DNA of 64,000 bases from Candidatus Woesearchaeota archaeon B3_Woes (lineage in GTDB: Archaea; Nanobdellota; Nanobdellia; Woesearchaeales; B3-WOES): the NCBI GenBank assembly GCA_005222965.1, contig NJBG01000001.1, positions 1 to 64,000 on the forward strand, read 5' to 3'. The notes under the pieces were generated by a model, which saw only the letters and a list, made by a program, of their open reading frames with translations, made no database searches and had not been told where the DNA came from. The translations under genes were made by a program, and so were the position numbers. The stretch's first letter is position 1. Each line of letters begins with the position of its first letter. Positions 51,448 through 60,118 of this stretch are shown here, piece after piece.

Positions 51448-52245
51448 TTATCCAATATAATTAACAGGATCCCTGCTAATTTTTCCACCTAATTTCTTCA
51501 AAGCAGATTTTTGAGAAAGTTCTCCTAACTGCTCTGATCTTATCAAATCATCTTTTTCAATTAACTCAATCTCTTTATTTAAATCTTTTAGATCAATTCC
51601 AATTGAATACTTTTTATTCATAATATTAATTATCTCTTTTGCACCTTTTATTCCAATATGAATAGGATGAGCAGAGGTTTCTGCTAATAACGAAACAGAA
51701 TTTATCTTTCTTTTTTTAGCTAATCCGACCAATAAACCAGAAACACCAATTATTGGTCCAACAACACCAAAAAGCTTTTCATTTATCTTAAATCCATTCT
51801 TAAAATTCTTTACAGCAGATTTAGTATTACCTGTACAATACACTTTAGGTTTTTTTGGTTCATCCTGTAACCCAATTCCACCCAAAGTTACAATCTCTTT
51901 ACATCCAAAATCTTTGGCAATATCGAGTATTTTTTCGCAAAATTCATAACAACTTTGCTCATCTGTTGGCTGTACATCTCCTCCTAATATTAATAAATCC
52001 CTTTTCTTTGATTGTTTATAATATATTGATATTAAAGGCAGCTCAACTAAATTATTTTCAGTTACAAAAACAGAATGTGGAAAACTATGCGAGGTAATGT
52101 CATAGAGTTTTTTTGCTTTTATTTCATCTGTAATAAAATCTGTTACAATCTTCCCAACATTACCTATACCAGGCAATCCTTCTATAAGAACTGGATTTTT
52201 TAATTTTGGTTTTTTTCCAATCAAAGTTATATCAAATTTGCTCAT
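51448..52245 (-). CDS. PAC2-family proteasome assembly chaperone
   Basis: LIEGLPGIGNVGK, GDVQP, IVTLGG, C-terminal YIG. Confidence 0.9.
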   Translation of the reverse strand: MSKFDITLIGKKPKLKNPVLIEGLPGIGNVGKIVTDFITDEIKAKKLYDITSHSFPHSVFVTENNLVELPLISIYYKQSKKRDLLILGGDVQPTDEQSCYEFCEKILDIAKDFGCKEIVTLGGIGLQDEPKKPKVYCTGNTKSAVKNFKNGFKINEKLFGVVGPIIGVSGLLVGLAKKRKINSVSLLAETSAHPIHIGIKGAKEIINIMNKKYSIGIDLKDLNKEIELIEKDDLIRSEQLGELSQKSALKKLGGKISRDPVNYIG

Positions 52246-52415
52246 AATAATCCCTTTTTGATGAATTCTTCTTTTTTAGCCTTTCTTCTGTAATCCCCAT
52301 ATTTATCTTCAGGACTATATTTTGGTGGTTTAGCCATAAAAGCATTTCCACCACACCCACAATTTTCATTCATAGTATAATGTCCACACTCAGAACATTT
52401 TAAAATGTGTTTCAT
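52242..52415 (-). CDS. nop10: Nop10 (not in the ORF track)
   Basis: MKHILKCSECGHYTM..CGCG...PPKYSPEDKYGDYRR. Confidence 0.93.
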   Translation of the reverse strand: MKHILKCSECGHYTMNENCGCGGNAFMAKPPKYSPEDKYGDYRRKAKKEEFIKKGLL

Positions 52416-52754
52416 TAGTCAGAAGAATACAACCTTATTTATAAAATTTGTTATTAAAATTATTTCTCAATTCTCTTATCTTTATTTGAGTTCTAAAACT
52501 TTCTTCTATTTAGTTCTTGATTTTCTTTAATTAACTCCTGTATATCCATCTATATGGCATAATTGACGTCATCTCCGCTTAAACTTGTAGTAGTTCCTCT
52601 ATTAGTATATTTGTTGAAGTTATTATAAAAATCATCTGCTATAACATTATTTTGATTTTATCTTCCATTTAACACCACTCACTCCTGCCCATATCACAAA
52701 GAGTTAATTTTAAAGCAACATTCTCTTATTTAAACCTTTTGTTGAGGCATTTTT

Positions 52755-53378
52755 TCACATTTTACATACTGTTTCTTTTAAATTATATTTCACATCAAAA
52801 TTATTAAATATTTGGATCATATCATCATTAAAACTTGCTTTAACCATTAATACATTTCTTCCAAGAACATATATATTTTTTTTGTCAATAATTCCTTTAT
52901 ATTCTACTAAAACATCTTTTCCTTTTTTCTTATATTTGACTTTTTTCCCGTGCAATAGTTTAGAAAATAATGTCCTTTTTTTTGATTTATAAGCATTATA
53001 TTCATAAATATAATAAGGCTTTAATCCTAATGCATCCAAATTAAACAAGATTCTGGTATAATTATCGACAATGATTTTTCCTTCTAATAAAAGTTTTTGA
53101 AGTAATGTATGATCCTCTACTGTTGTTTTTCTGCCTTGAAATTCAGGATGAATCTTAACACCATATTTAATTCCTATTCTTTCCAATTCATCTTCCAATT
53201 TTTTTGTAAATGTTTTTTGAGGCTTTATCTGATCAACAACAATAAATAAATCCAAATCAGAATGCCTTAAAGAATAATCTCCTCTGGCAACAGAGCCATA
53301 TAATATAATTTTTAGAATTTTATCATGATGCAAATATTTTTGCCTGACATCATTAATGGCTTTTTCAAACTTGTTCAT
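52755..53378 (-). CDS. MNT-domain protein with a C-terminal extension
   Basis: ILYGSVARGD...SDLDLFIV. Confidence 0.85.
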   Translation of the reverse strand: MNKFEKAINDVRQKYLHHDKILKIILYGSVARGDYSLRHSDLDLFIVVDQIKPQKTFTKKLEDELERIGIKYGVKIHPEFQGRKTTVEDHTLLQKLLLEGKIIVDNYTRILFNLDALGLKPYYIYEYNAYKSKKRTLFSKLLHGKKVKYKKKGKDVLVEYKGIIDKKNIYVLGRNVLMVKASFNDDMIQIFNNFDVKYNLKETVCKM

Positions 53379-53754
53379 TTGAGTTCATCATTAGCTATTT
53401 CTGCAAAGCTTTTAATCACTTTATATTTTTCACCATTAACAGCCCTATAAGTTACCATTCCTCTTGTTTCCTGCATTTTTTTGTATTCAAAAAACATTTC
53501 AGAATTTTTAAATTCCTTAATATTGGTGTAAATATTGCTTGTTCTATTCTCATGATCGCCTGAATGCAAAGGGTTCTTCATCTTTGCAAACACATACTCA
53601 ACTGCGTTTATTGAGGCATAAAAGTAATTTTGTGCAGCAACAGTCATTAAAGCTAATCTTTTGTCCTTATCTGCCTCATTCTTAAGCTCTTGTCTATGTT
53701 TACAGCTATCTCATAATGTTTTTCAGATGCGGTTTTATGTTGTTCTGCTTTCAT
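53375..53754 (-). pseudogene. HEPN-domain partner, frameshifted by 1 nt near 53700
   Basis: MKAEQHKTASEKHYEIA (ATG 53754) continues in another frame as HRQELKNE...AAQNYFYASINAVE...H..R...RGMVTY. Confidence 0.65.
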
Positions 53755-53791
53755 TTTCACATATTTGAAAAATAAGGTTAGTTTATAGTAT

Positions 53792-53813
53792 TATTTGCAT
53801 ATATGTGCAAATA
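53792..53813. promoter_or_regulatory. Palindromic operator candidate TATTTGCA-N6-TGCAAATA
   Basis: Lies between the minus-strand TATA (CTTTATATA) and the HEPN start codon. Confidence 0.55.
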
Positions 53814-53891
53814 TATAAAGCTTTCCTTTATTCATAAGCCAAAACCTTTTGTTGAGAATTTTGAACATAAAATTCACAAAAACCAAAAACT

Positions 53892-54674
53892 TTATTTTTC
53901 AATTCTCTTAAAACTAGCAACACCTTTATTCTTTTCCATAAAATTTATAGCTGATTCAGTAACATTCTTTAATATTTTCTCAGCTCCTTTGTAATCGTCA
54001 GCTGTAATAATAATATTATAGTCTCCTCCTCCACCATATCTTATTACAACACTCTCTTTTCCACTATTTTCTGCTTTTGCTAGAGCTTGTTTTACGATTT
54101 CAATGCCATCTCCTTCATAACTTTTTAGTGAAAGATTACCATAAATAACTATTTTAGGAGGTTTCATCCTCTCTTTTATCATATTAGTTAGTTTTTCTGC
54201 TGATTCTTTTTCTATACCTAATTCTTCTAATGATACTTTATTCTGTACAACATCATTAAAACAATCATTTAAACCACTATAATTTAAACAAACCTTTTGG
54301 ATTGTTGATTCATAAAATTGTTTTGCGTCTTTCTTTAATTCTTTTGCAATCTGCTCTACTATTTTTTCTGATTTTTGCTCTATTTTTATTGATTCTAACT
54401 TTCTTCTTTTTTGATTATCATTAACCCTTCTCAAACTTAAATCAATATGCCCTTTTTCTTGATTTATTCTTAAAACAACACAAACTATCTTCTTACCTTC
54501 TACTACATAATCTCTTAAGTTTCTTATTCTTCCAGGACTTATTTCAGAAATATGGACCATTCCCTGTTTGCTATATTCCTCAATATTAACAAAAACAGAA
54601 TGACCAAATATTTTTGTAACTGTACAAAGCAATAATTCTCCTTCCTTGGGGAATCCTTTTTTTTGTAATTTCAT
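53892..54674 (-). CDS. eif2a: Translation initiation factor 2 alpha
   Basis: S1 domain GMVHISEISPGRIRN...KGHIDLSLRRV. Confidence 0.95.
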   Translation of the reverse strand: MKLQKKGFPKEGELLLCTVTKIFGHSVFVNIEEYSKQGMVHISEISPGRIRNLRDYVVEGKKIVCVVLRINQEKGHIDLSLRRVNDNQKRRKLESIKIEQKSEKIVEQIAKELKKDAKQFYESTIQKVCLNYSGLNDCFNDVVQNKVSLEELGIEKESAEKLTNMIKERMKPPKIVIYGNLSLKSYEGDGIEIVKQALAKAENSGKESVVIRYGGGGDYNIIITADDYKGAEKILKNVTESAINFMEKNKGVASFKRIEK

Positions 54675-54676
54675 AA

Positions 54677-54862
54677 TTACTCTAGAACTTCTAATACTCT
54701 TGCCTTTACTCTTGCTTTTCCACCATTTGGTTCAGCTAGGATTTTTCCACATACAAGACATTTTACAGTTGAACTTGCTTTACCAAACATTATCTGTTCG
54801 TTTTTGCATTTAGGGCATCTTATTTTTACAAATTTTGATGTTGGTTCTTCCATTATTTTCAT
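54677..54862 (-). CDS. rps27e: 30S ribosomal protein S27e
   Basis: SKFVKIRCPKCKNEQ...CLVCG...GGKA. Confidence 0.95.
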   Translation of the reverse strand: MKIMEEPTSKFVKIRCPKCKNEQIMFGKASSTVKCLVCGKILAEPNGGKARVKARVLEVLE

Positions 54863-54924
54863 ATTCTACCACCTTAATTATAATAGAATGAGAGAATAAA
54901 TAAGCATTTATAAAGCTTTATATT

Positions 54925-55728
54925 TTAACTATTTTTAAGCTGTTCTCTCATTTTTTCTTCATCTTCAGGATTAGTTACTCCTATCCAAATGTCATCTGTA
55001 GGAACCACTTTTATTTTCGTATCTTTTTCATTTTTAAAATTACTTACTGAGTTTGGCAATAAGAATTCTGTTTTTGGATCATTAGGATGCTCTTTTAAGA
55101 ATTTTTTTAAAGCTTCTTCTAAATAATTAAAGAAATCTGGTTGCAAACCAAATAAATTCATAGATATTAGTTCCTCTCCTGAATAATTAGTTCCAACATC
55201 TTTTTTTAATATGTCAAATGTTTCTTTAATACCTTCCATATAATTTTCAGAATCTATTTTAATTATACCCCTATTTACACCACCATGTTTAGAAAGCACA
55301 TTTTTAAGTTTATAACCAGGCAAACAATAACCACTTTCTGTTATTTTTAAATAATTAGCTATGTATTTCATAGTGTTTTTACCATAAAGATCATCACTAT
55401 TTAATACGATGAAAGGTTCTTTAACAAATTCTTTTGCTGATAATAAAGCATGAGATGTTCCAAATGGTTTTTCCCTATAATCTGGTGTTTCTTGTATACA
55501 ATATTCAACTGAATTTTCTAAGAAATTATCTTTGTAAACTTCTTTTAATGATTCCAATGTTTGAGGACTGGCAATTATCACAAATTTATTAAAACCTGCT
55601 TGTTTGGCTTGCTGCATTGATAAACCCATTAGTGTTTCATTATTTGGGCCTATTTGTATTAGGGCTTTAATTCTGCCACCAAATCTAGAAGCACGTCCTG
55701 CTGCCATATAAACCGCTGTTAAATTCAT
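54925..55728 (-). CDS. Sugar-phosphate nucleotidyltransferase family protein
   Basis: MAAGRASRFGG..K, REKPFGTSHA, NSDDLYG, WIGVTNPED. Confidence 0.85.
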   Translation of the reverse strand: MNLTAVYMAAGRASRFGGRIKALIQIGPNNETLMGLSMQQAKQAGFNKFVIIASPQTLESLKEVYKDNFLENSVEYCIQETPDYREKPFGTSHALLSAKEFVKEPFIVLNSDDLYGKNTMKYIANYLKITESGYCLPGYKLKNVLSKHGGVNRGIIKIDSENYMEGIKETFDILKKDVGTNYSGEELISMNLFGLQPDFFNYLEEALKKFLKEHPNDPKTEFLLPNSVSNFKNEKDTKIKVVPTDDIWIGVTNPEDEEKMREQLKNS

Positions 55729-55767
55729 AACAAATCAAAGAAATAAGCTATTTATATATTTAATGGA

Positions 55768-58674
55768 TTAAATCTCTTTTAATTTTTTAAAAACAAAAGT
55801 CTGAAGTTTTTTAGGCCATTCTTTTTTAATCTCTTTCTTATACTTCTCAACAGAATCAACAACATCCTGCCTAATGTTTTTATCTCCCTCTATTAGCCTA
55901 ACTAATTCTTCTTTTGCGAATCTTGGAACGTGTTTAACATTCCACATCATTAATTTAAGTTCATGTAATTCCTCTTCTTCTTTAGTTAATTTTTTCTTCT
56001 GCTCATTTTCCCAAAGCTCATTATAATCAACATCTTTATCCATTATTTGGTTTTCTATCTGATTCTTATCAATATCTTTTTTAAGAGATAACTTTACTAA
56101 AACTTGATTATGCATTCTTCTTAAGAATTCTATTTTGTCCTCTATTTTCATTATATCTGTATAACCCTGAGCTATTAAACCAAATGCAAAAGGAGAAGGA
56201 ACTAGTGTTGAAATTTCTTCTATTCTTATTTTTTTTGCTTCAATCTCTTTTAAGATATATTTAGTATTGTTAATATCCATTAAATCTTCTAAAACCTCTC
56301 TTTTGGCTTCCTTTAAAATCGAAAAATTAGGATTTATCCTCTTTAAAGCGCTCATCAAAATCATAGAACTTACCTGTTGTCTGCCAACTCTTTTTACTCT
56401 TCCTTTATAGTTCCTCAAAATCATCAAAGAACGAGTTGCACAATGCCTGAATCTTCTTTTCAAAACCTCTGTTTTGTCTATTGCCATATCCATTATTTTA
56501 TCTATGTCTTTTGATTTTATTAATTTAAAAGATTTCATCAACATAATTTTTTTAGGTGAAGTAACATAAAACCCATTATCATTAATTCCAATTTCGACAT
56601 CTCTGTGTTGTGATCTAGAAATTGCAAATGCTACAGCTCTTGACAAACAATCATTAACTCTCCTGCCAAACAAAGTATGGAATACATAATATATCTGATC
56701 CCCATTATCATATTGTTCAATTAATATTTTTTTATCAGAAGGTATTTTAGCATAATTATACTGCTCAAAAAAATAATCATATATCGCTCTAGAACCATTC
56801 TTATCTACATACAAATATTCATCAATAAATTTCAAAAGATTGGTTTTTGAAATCTTTTTTGTAAATTTGCCATCCATAAGCCGTCTAAACTTTCCTATTG
56901 CCAGACTTAAATCAAAACTTAATGGTAAAGATTCAGAAAACCATCTTGGAACAGTAGGTGGTCTGCTAACAGAAGCACTTACCTGCGCAACCATTCCACG
57001 TGAAAATTTAAACATATAAACAGAGCCACCCAAAACAAAAATATCTCCTGGTTTAAGCTTTTCTAAAAAAGCCTCTTCAATTGTACCAATAACTTGGTCG
57101 CCTATCTTAACAAGAACAGCAGTATTATCAGGAATAGTACCTATATTAGTCATATAAATGACCCTACCCATCTTTCCTTTTCTTCCTATTTTTCCCTTAT
57201 TTCTCCATATCTTAGCATAAATATATCTGTCTTCTAAATCAACAAACTCTCCTGCTAAATAAGATAAAATCTCATTAAAATCTTCTAAAGCCAAATCCTG
57301 ATAACAATAGCTTTTTCTAATTGTTTTATACAATTCTTTTTCTTCCCATGTCTGTTCCAAAGCCATTCCATCAATCTGCTGAGCCAAAACATCTAAACAA
57401 TTTCTAGGAATATGTATTCTGTCTATCTTTTTTTCAATCGCTTCTTTAAGCAAGACAGCACACTCTACTAAGTCATCCCTGTCCAAAACAATTATCCTTC
57501 CTTTTGTCTTTTCATGAAGCTTATGTCCAGACCTGCCAATTCTCTGCAAAGCTCTTGCAACAGATTTTGGAGAACCCAGACAAATAACCAAATCGATATA
57601 ACCTATATCAATACCTAATTCAAGAGAAGTGGAACAAACAACACATTTTAATTTTCCATCACGTAAATTCTTCTCAATCTTTGTTCTGTGTTCTTTGCTT
57701 AATGAACCATGATGAGCGCCTATATTACTTTTAACACCAGTTTTATCTTCTTCTGTAATCTCTTCAGTATAATTTTTAGGAAATTTTTCTCTTAAATGAT
57801 GGACAACTCTTTCGGTAGCAGCCCTAGTATTTGTAAAAACCAGCGTTGTTTTATGATCTTGTATAAGTTTATCCATCAAATCATACATCTTATGGTGCAT
57901 TTCTTCATGTGAAGCATCTATCAATTTTGGAACAGGACTTAAAACCTTTAAATCCATTTTTTTGATAAATTGAACATCAATAATTTTACACGGTCTTTTA
58001 GGACCTACTAGAAATTTAGCTATCTCTCCTAAAGGGGCTACTGTAGCGCTTAACCCTACTCTTGCCATATGAGAAGCAATATGACTTAATCTCTCTAAAC
58101 TTAGATTTAAATGAACTCCTCTTTTATTTTCTGCTAAAGCATGGATCTCATCAATAATACACCAATCTACATTCTTTAGATGATCTTTAAATTTAATAGA
58201 AGATAAAAGAATAGCAAGACTTTCAGGAGTTGTAATTAAAATATGGGGAGGATTCTTAAGCATAGCAGTACGTTCTTTTGTTGTTGTATCTCCTGTTCTA
58301 ACTCCTATCCTAATACCTAACTTTTTCCCGGCAATTTTCTCTATCTCTTTTAAAGGCTCAATTAAATTTACAGAAATATCATTTGACAAAGCCTTTAATG
58401 GTGAAATATAGACAGCATATATCCTGTCCTCAAGAATTCCTTTTTCAGACGAATCTATAAGTTCATTAAGTATAGATAAAAAAGCTGTTAGAGTTTTACC
58501 ACTTCCAGTAGGAGCTGAAACCAAAACATTTTGACGGGAGTGTACTTCCATCAAAGCGTATTTTTGAGGAACAGCAAATTCCTTAAATTTCCCTTTAAAC
58601 CATTTTTTTACAAGAGGGTGTAAAATAGAAAAAAGCTCCTTATCACTATCTGGTTTAGTCTTGTATTCTATCAT
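55768..58674 (-). CDS. lhr: Lhr-family SF2 helicase
   Basis: APTGSGKT, SPLKALSND, TTPESL, DEIH, HHGSLS, SLELGID, QRIGRSGH. Confidence 0.93.
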   Translation of the reverse strand: MIEYKTKPDSDKELFSILHPLVKKWFKGKFKEFAVPQKYALMEVHSRQNVLVSAPTGSGKTLTAFLSILNELIDSSEKGILEDRIYAVYISPLKALSNDISVNLIEPLKEIEKIAGKKLGIRIGVRTGDTTTKERTAMLKNPPHILITTPESLAILLSSIKFKDHLKNVDWCIIDEIHALAENKRGVHLNLSLERLSHIASHMARVGLSATVAPLGEIAKFLVGPKRPCKIIDVQFIKKMDLKVLSPVPKLIDASHEEMHHKMYDLMDKLIQDHKTTLVFTNTRAATERVVHHLREKFPKNYTEEITEEDKTGVKSNIGAHHGSLSKEHRTKIEKNLRDGKLKCVVCSTSLELGIDIGYIDLVICLGSPKSVARALQRIGRSGHKLHEKTKGRIIVLDRDDLVECAVLLKEAIEKKIDRIHIPRNCLDVLAQQIDGMALEQTWEEKELYKTIRKSYCYQDLALEDFNEILSYLAGEFVDLEDRYIYAKIWRNKGKIGRKGKMGRVIYMTNIGTIPDNTAVLVKIGDQVIGTIEEAFLEKLKPGDIFVLGGSVYMFKFSRGMVAQVSASVSRPPTVPRWFSESLPLSFDLSLAIGKFRRLMDGKFTKKISKTNLLKFIDEYLYVDKNGSRAIYDYFFEQYNYAKIPSDKKILIEQYDNGDQIYYVFHTLFGRRVNDCLSRAVAFAISRSQHRDVEIGINDNGFYVTSPKKIMLMKSFKLIKSKDIDKIMDMAIDKTEVLKRRFRHCATRSLMILRNYKGRVKRVGRQQVSSMILMSALKRINPNFSILKEAKREVLEDLMDINNTKYILKEIEAKKIRIEEISTLVPSPFAFGLIAQGYTDIMKIEDKIEFLRRMHNQVLVKLSLKKDIDKNQIENQIMDKDVDYNELWENEQKKKLTKEEEELHELKLMMWNVKHVPRFAKEELVRLIEGDKNIRQDVVDSVEKYKKEIKKEWPKKLQTFVFKKLKEI

Positions 58675-58720
58675 TTTATATTTATAGGTAAATATTAATC
58701 TTATTTAAAATAAACTTATT

Positions 58721-59284
58721 TTAGAATTTTTGTTTTTCTATGATTTTAAAAGGGTAACCACGAAGATCTTCTTTTCCTACCTCAGCATTCAATTCTTTTA
58801 AAATAGAATAAAGATATGCTTTTCCTTTTTTTGGATCTTCAAAATGATTTTTTGCTTCAAGCTCGATATATGAACCAAGGCTTTTTACCTCATCTACTGC
58901 TATCTCAACATCTTTAAACATCCACGTACTTCTAGATTTTTCTACTACCACTATTTTTTTGAAATTGAGGCTTAGCAATATTTTCTTCATTAATTCTATA
59001 TTATCAAGCTTAATTTCAAATTCATCACAATAGTCTGTTCTTTCCACATTTTCTGGATAGAAGTGTTTATAGTTCAATAAATTCTCTTTATTTGTTTCCC
59101 GTAACCTAAGCCATTCATAAGGGTATTTAACATCAAGAAAATCCCTATGAATTGGTGTGAAATAAGTATCTTTTTGAAAAAGATCTTTTGAAATAGGTTT
59201 TGCATTAGTATTTAGGAAATTAATCACGTCTTTTGGATTCTTCAAAGGAAATCTTAATTCAATTTCAATATCTTTATTTTCCAT
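58721..59284 (-). CDS. CYTH-domain protein (class IV adenylate-cyclase-like)
   Basis: EIELR, QKDTYF, LRLR, VEKSR, DEV..LG.YIELE. Confidence 0.88.
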   Translation of the reverse strand: MENKDIEIELRFPLKNPKDVINFLNTNAKPISKDLFQKDTYFTPIHRDFLDVKYPYEWLRLRETNKENLLNYKHFYPENVERTDYCDEFEIKLDNIELMKKILLSLNFKKIVVVEKSRSTWMFKDVEIAVDEVKSLGSYIELEAKNHFEDPKKGKAYLYSILKELNAEVGKEDLRGYPFKIIEKQKF

Positions 59285-59403
59285 GTTTTCTGAATAGTCT
59301 AATAGTTTATATCTTTTTCGAAATTTATGTTTTTGATAAATTCATTACTATATAGTAATTGTAGAACAAAGCTTTATATATTAGAAAATATCTAATAAAT
59401 AAG

Positions 59404-59934
59404 ATGAACAAAGTAAAAGAGATTTCATTAGCAGCAATAGTGGCAGGTTTAACAGTCGCAAGTCCACTAAACGCACAAGAATTAAAATTTGGAGAGTATA
59501 ATGGTGGTCCAAACGGGGGGCTTAGATGGCATAATGGTAATGCATCACATTTTTGGGCATGTTTTTCGATATATGGGGTAGTAAAAGAAGGATCCCATTT
59601 AATATTTGGAGATGTAAATCAAGCAAGAATTCATGGTATTTATGCTACAGGTGCAGCAGCATTTGGAAAAGAAGCACTTGATTTATATTTAAAAAGAAAG
59701 GAGCCGAATTGGCCAGATTGGAATGGTGCGCTTAATGATTTGGCGTATGGTGCAGCAGGAGCAGGTGCTGCTTTTGTTGCTGATGAAGCTATGAACTATG
59801 CAGTTAAAGCTATTAAACAAGTATTTAAAAGAAATAAAAAAACAAATAAAGATCAAAATTATAGAGTAAACCTTGTACTCTCTCAAAACTTAGGAATAAA
59901 TAGTTATAGGATTAATCTGAAAATAAATCTATGA
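59404..59934 (+). CDS. Secreted/membrane protein, YfiM/DUF2279-like
   Basis: Signal peptide; SHF...GKEALD...NDLAYGAAG. Confidence 0.5.
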   Translation: MNKVKEISLAAIVAGLTVASPLNAQELKFGEYNGGPNGGLRWHNGNASHFWACFSIYGVVKEGSHLIFGDVNQARIHGIYATGAAAFGKEALDLYLKRKEPNWPDWNGALNDLAYGAAGAGAAFVADEAMNYAVKAIKQVFKRNKKTNKDQNYRVNLVLSQNLGINSYRINLKINL

Positions 59935-60036
59935 TTTCTTACTGGCCCTTTTCCTTTTCTCTTTTTTCATACGTTTTCTCTGCCATTTCCAACGCATTTG
60001 GCCTTTCTTTTTCCAACGGCTTGAACTTCTTTTCAT
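59929..60036 (-). CDS. rpl41e: Ribosomal protein L41e (not in the ORF track)
   Basis: MKRSSSRWKKKGQMRWKWQRKRMKKEKRKRASKKS. Confidence 0.85.
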   Translation of the reverse strand: MKRSSSRWKKKGQMRWKWQRKRMKKEKRKRASKKS

Positions 60037-60118
60037 TATACTATCTCAAGGAATAATACGCCCTTTTTAAGGTTTTCTATCCAAAACCTTAATAAATACC
60101 AAATATCTAACTTAAAAT

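Larger units (their letters stand above)
52460..53910. repeat. Nested direct repeats: 19 nt with 1 mismatch (52460-78 / 53892-910, the aIF2alpha 3' end) and 15 nt exact (52732-46 / 53842-56)
   Basis: TTATTT(C/T)TCAATTCTCTTA and AAACCTTTTGTTGAG. Confidence 0.85.

Noticed and set aside
53849..53881. Hairpin GAATTTT-GAACAT-AAAATTC after aIF2alpha as another element copy
   Set aside because: A single imperfect hairpin without the AAAATC/GATTTT core or linker; more likely a terminator.
26725..54862. rpl44e separated from rps27e, and nusA not followed by rps12
   Set aside because: Operon fragmentation is expected in reduced DPANN genomes, and no scar was visible.
57715..57785. Short insertion in Lhr (EEITEEDKTGVKS), and the Lsm loop, as further palindromic elements
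   Set aside because: No hairpin modules or flanking duplication in the DNA.
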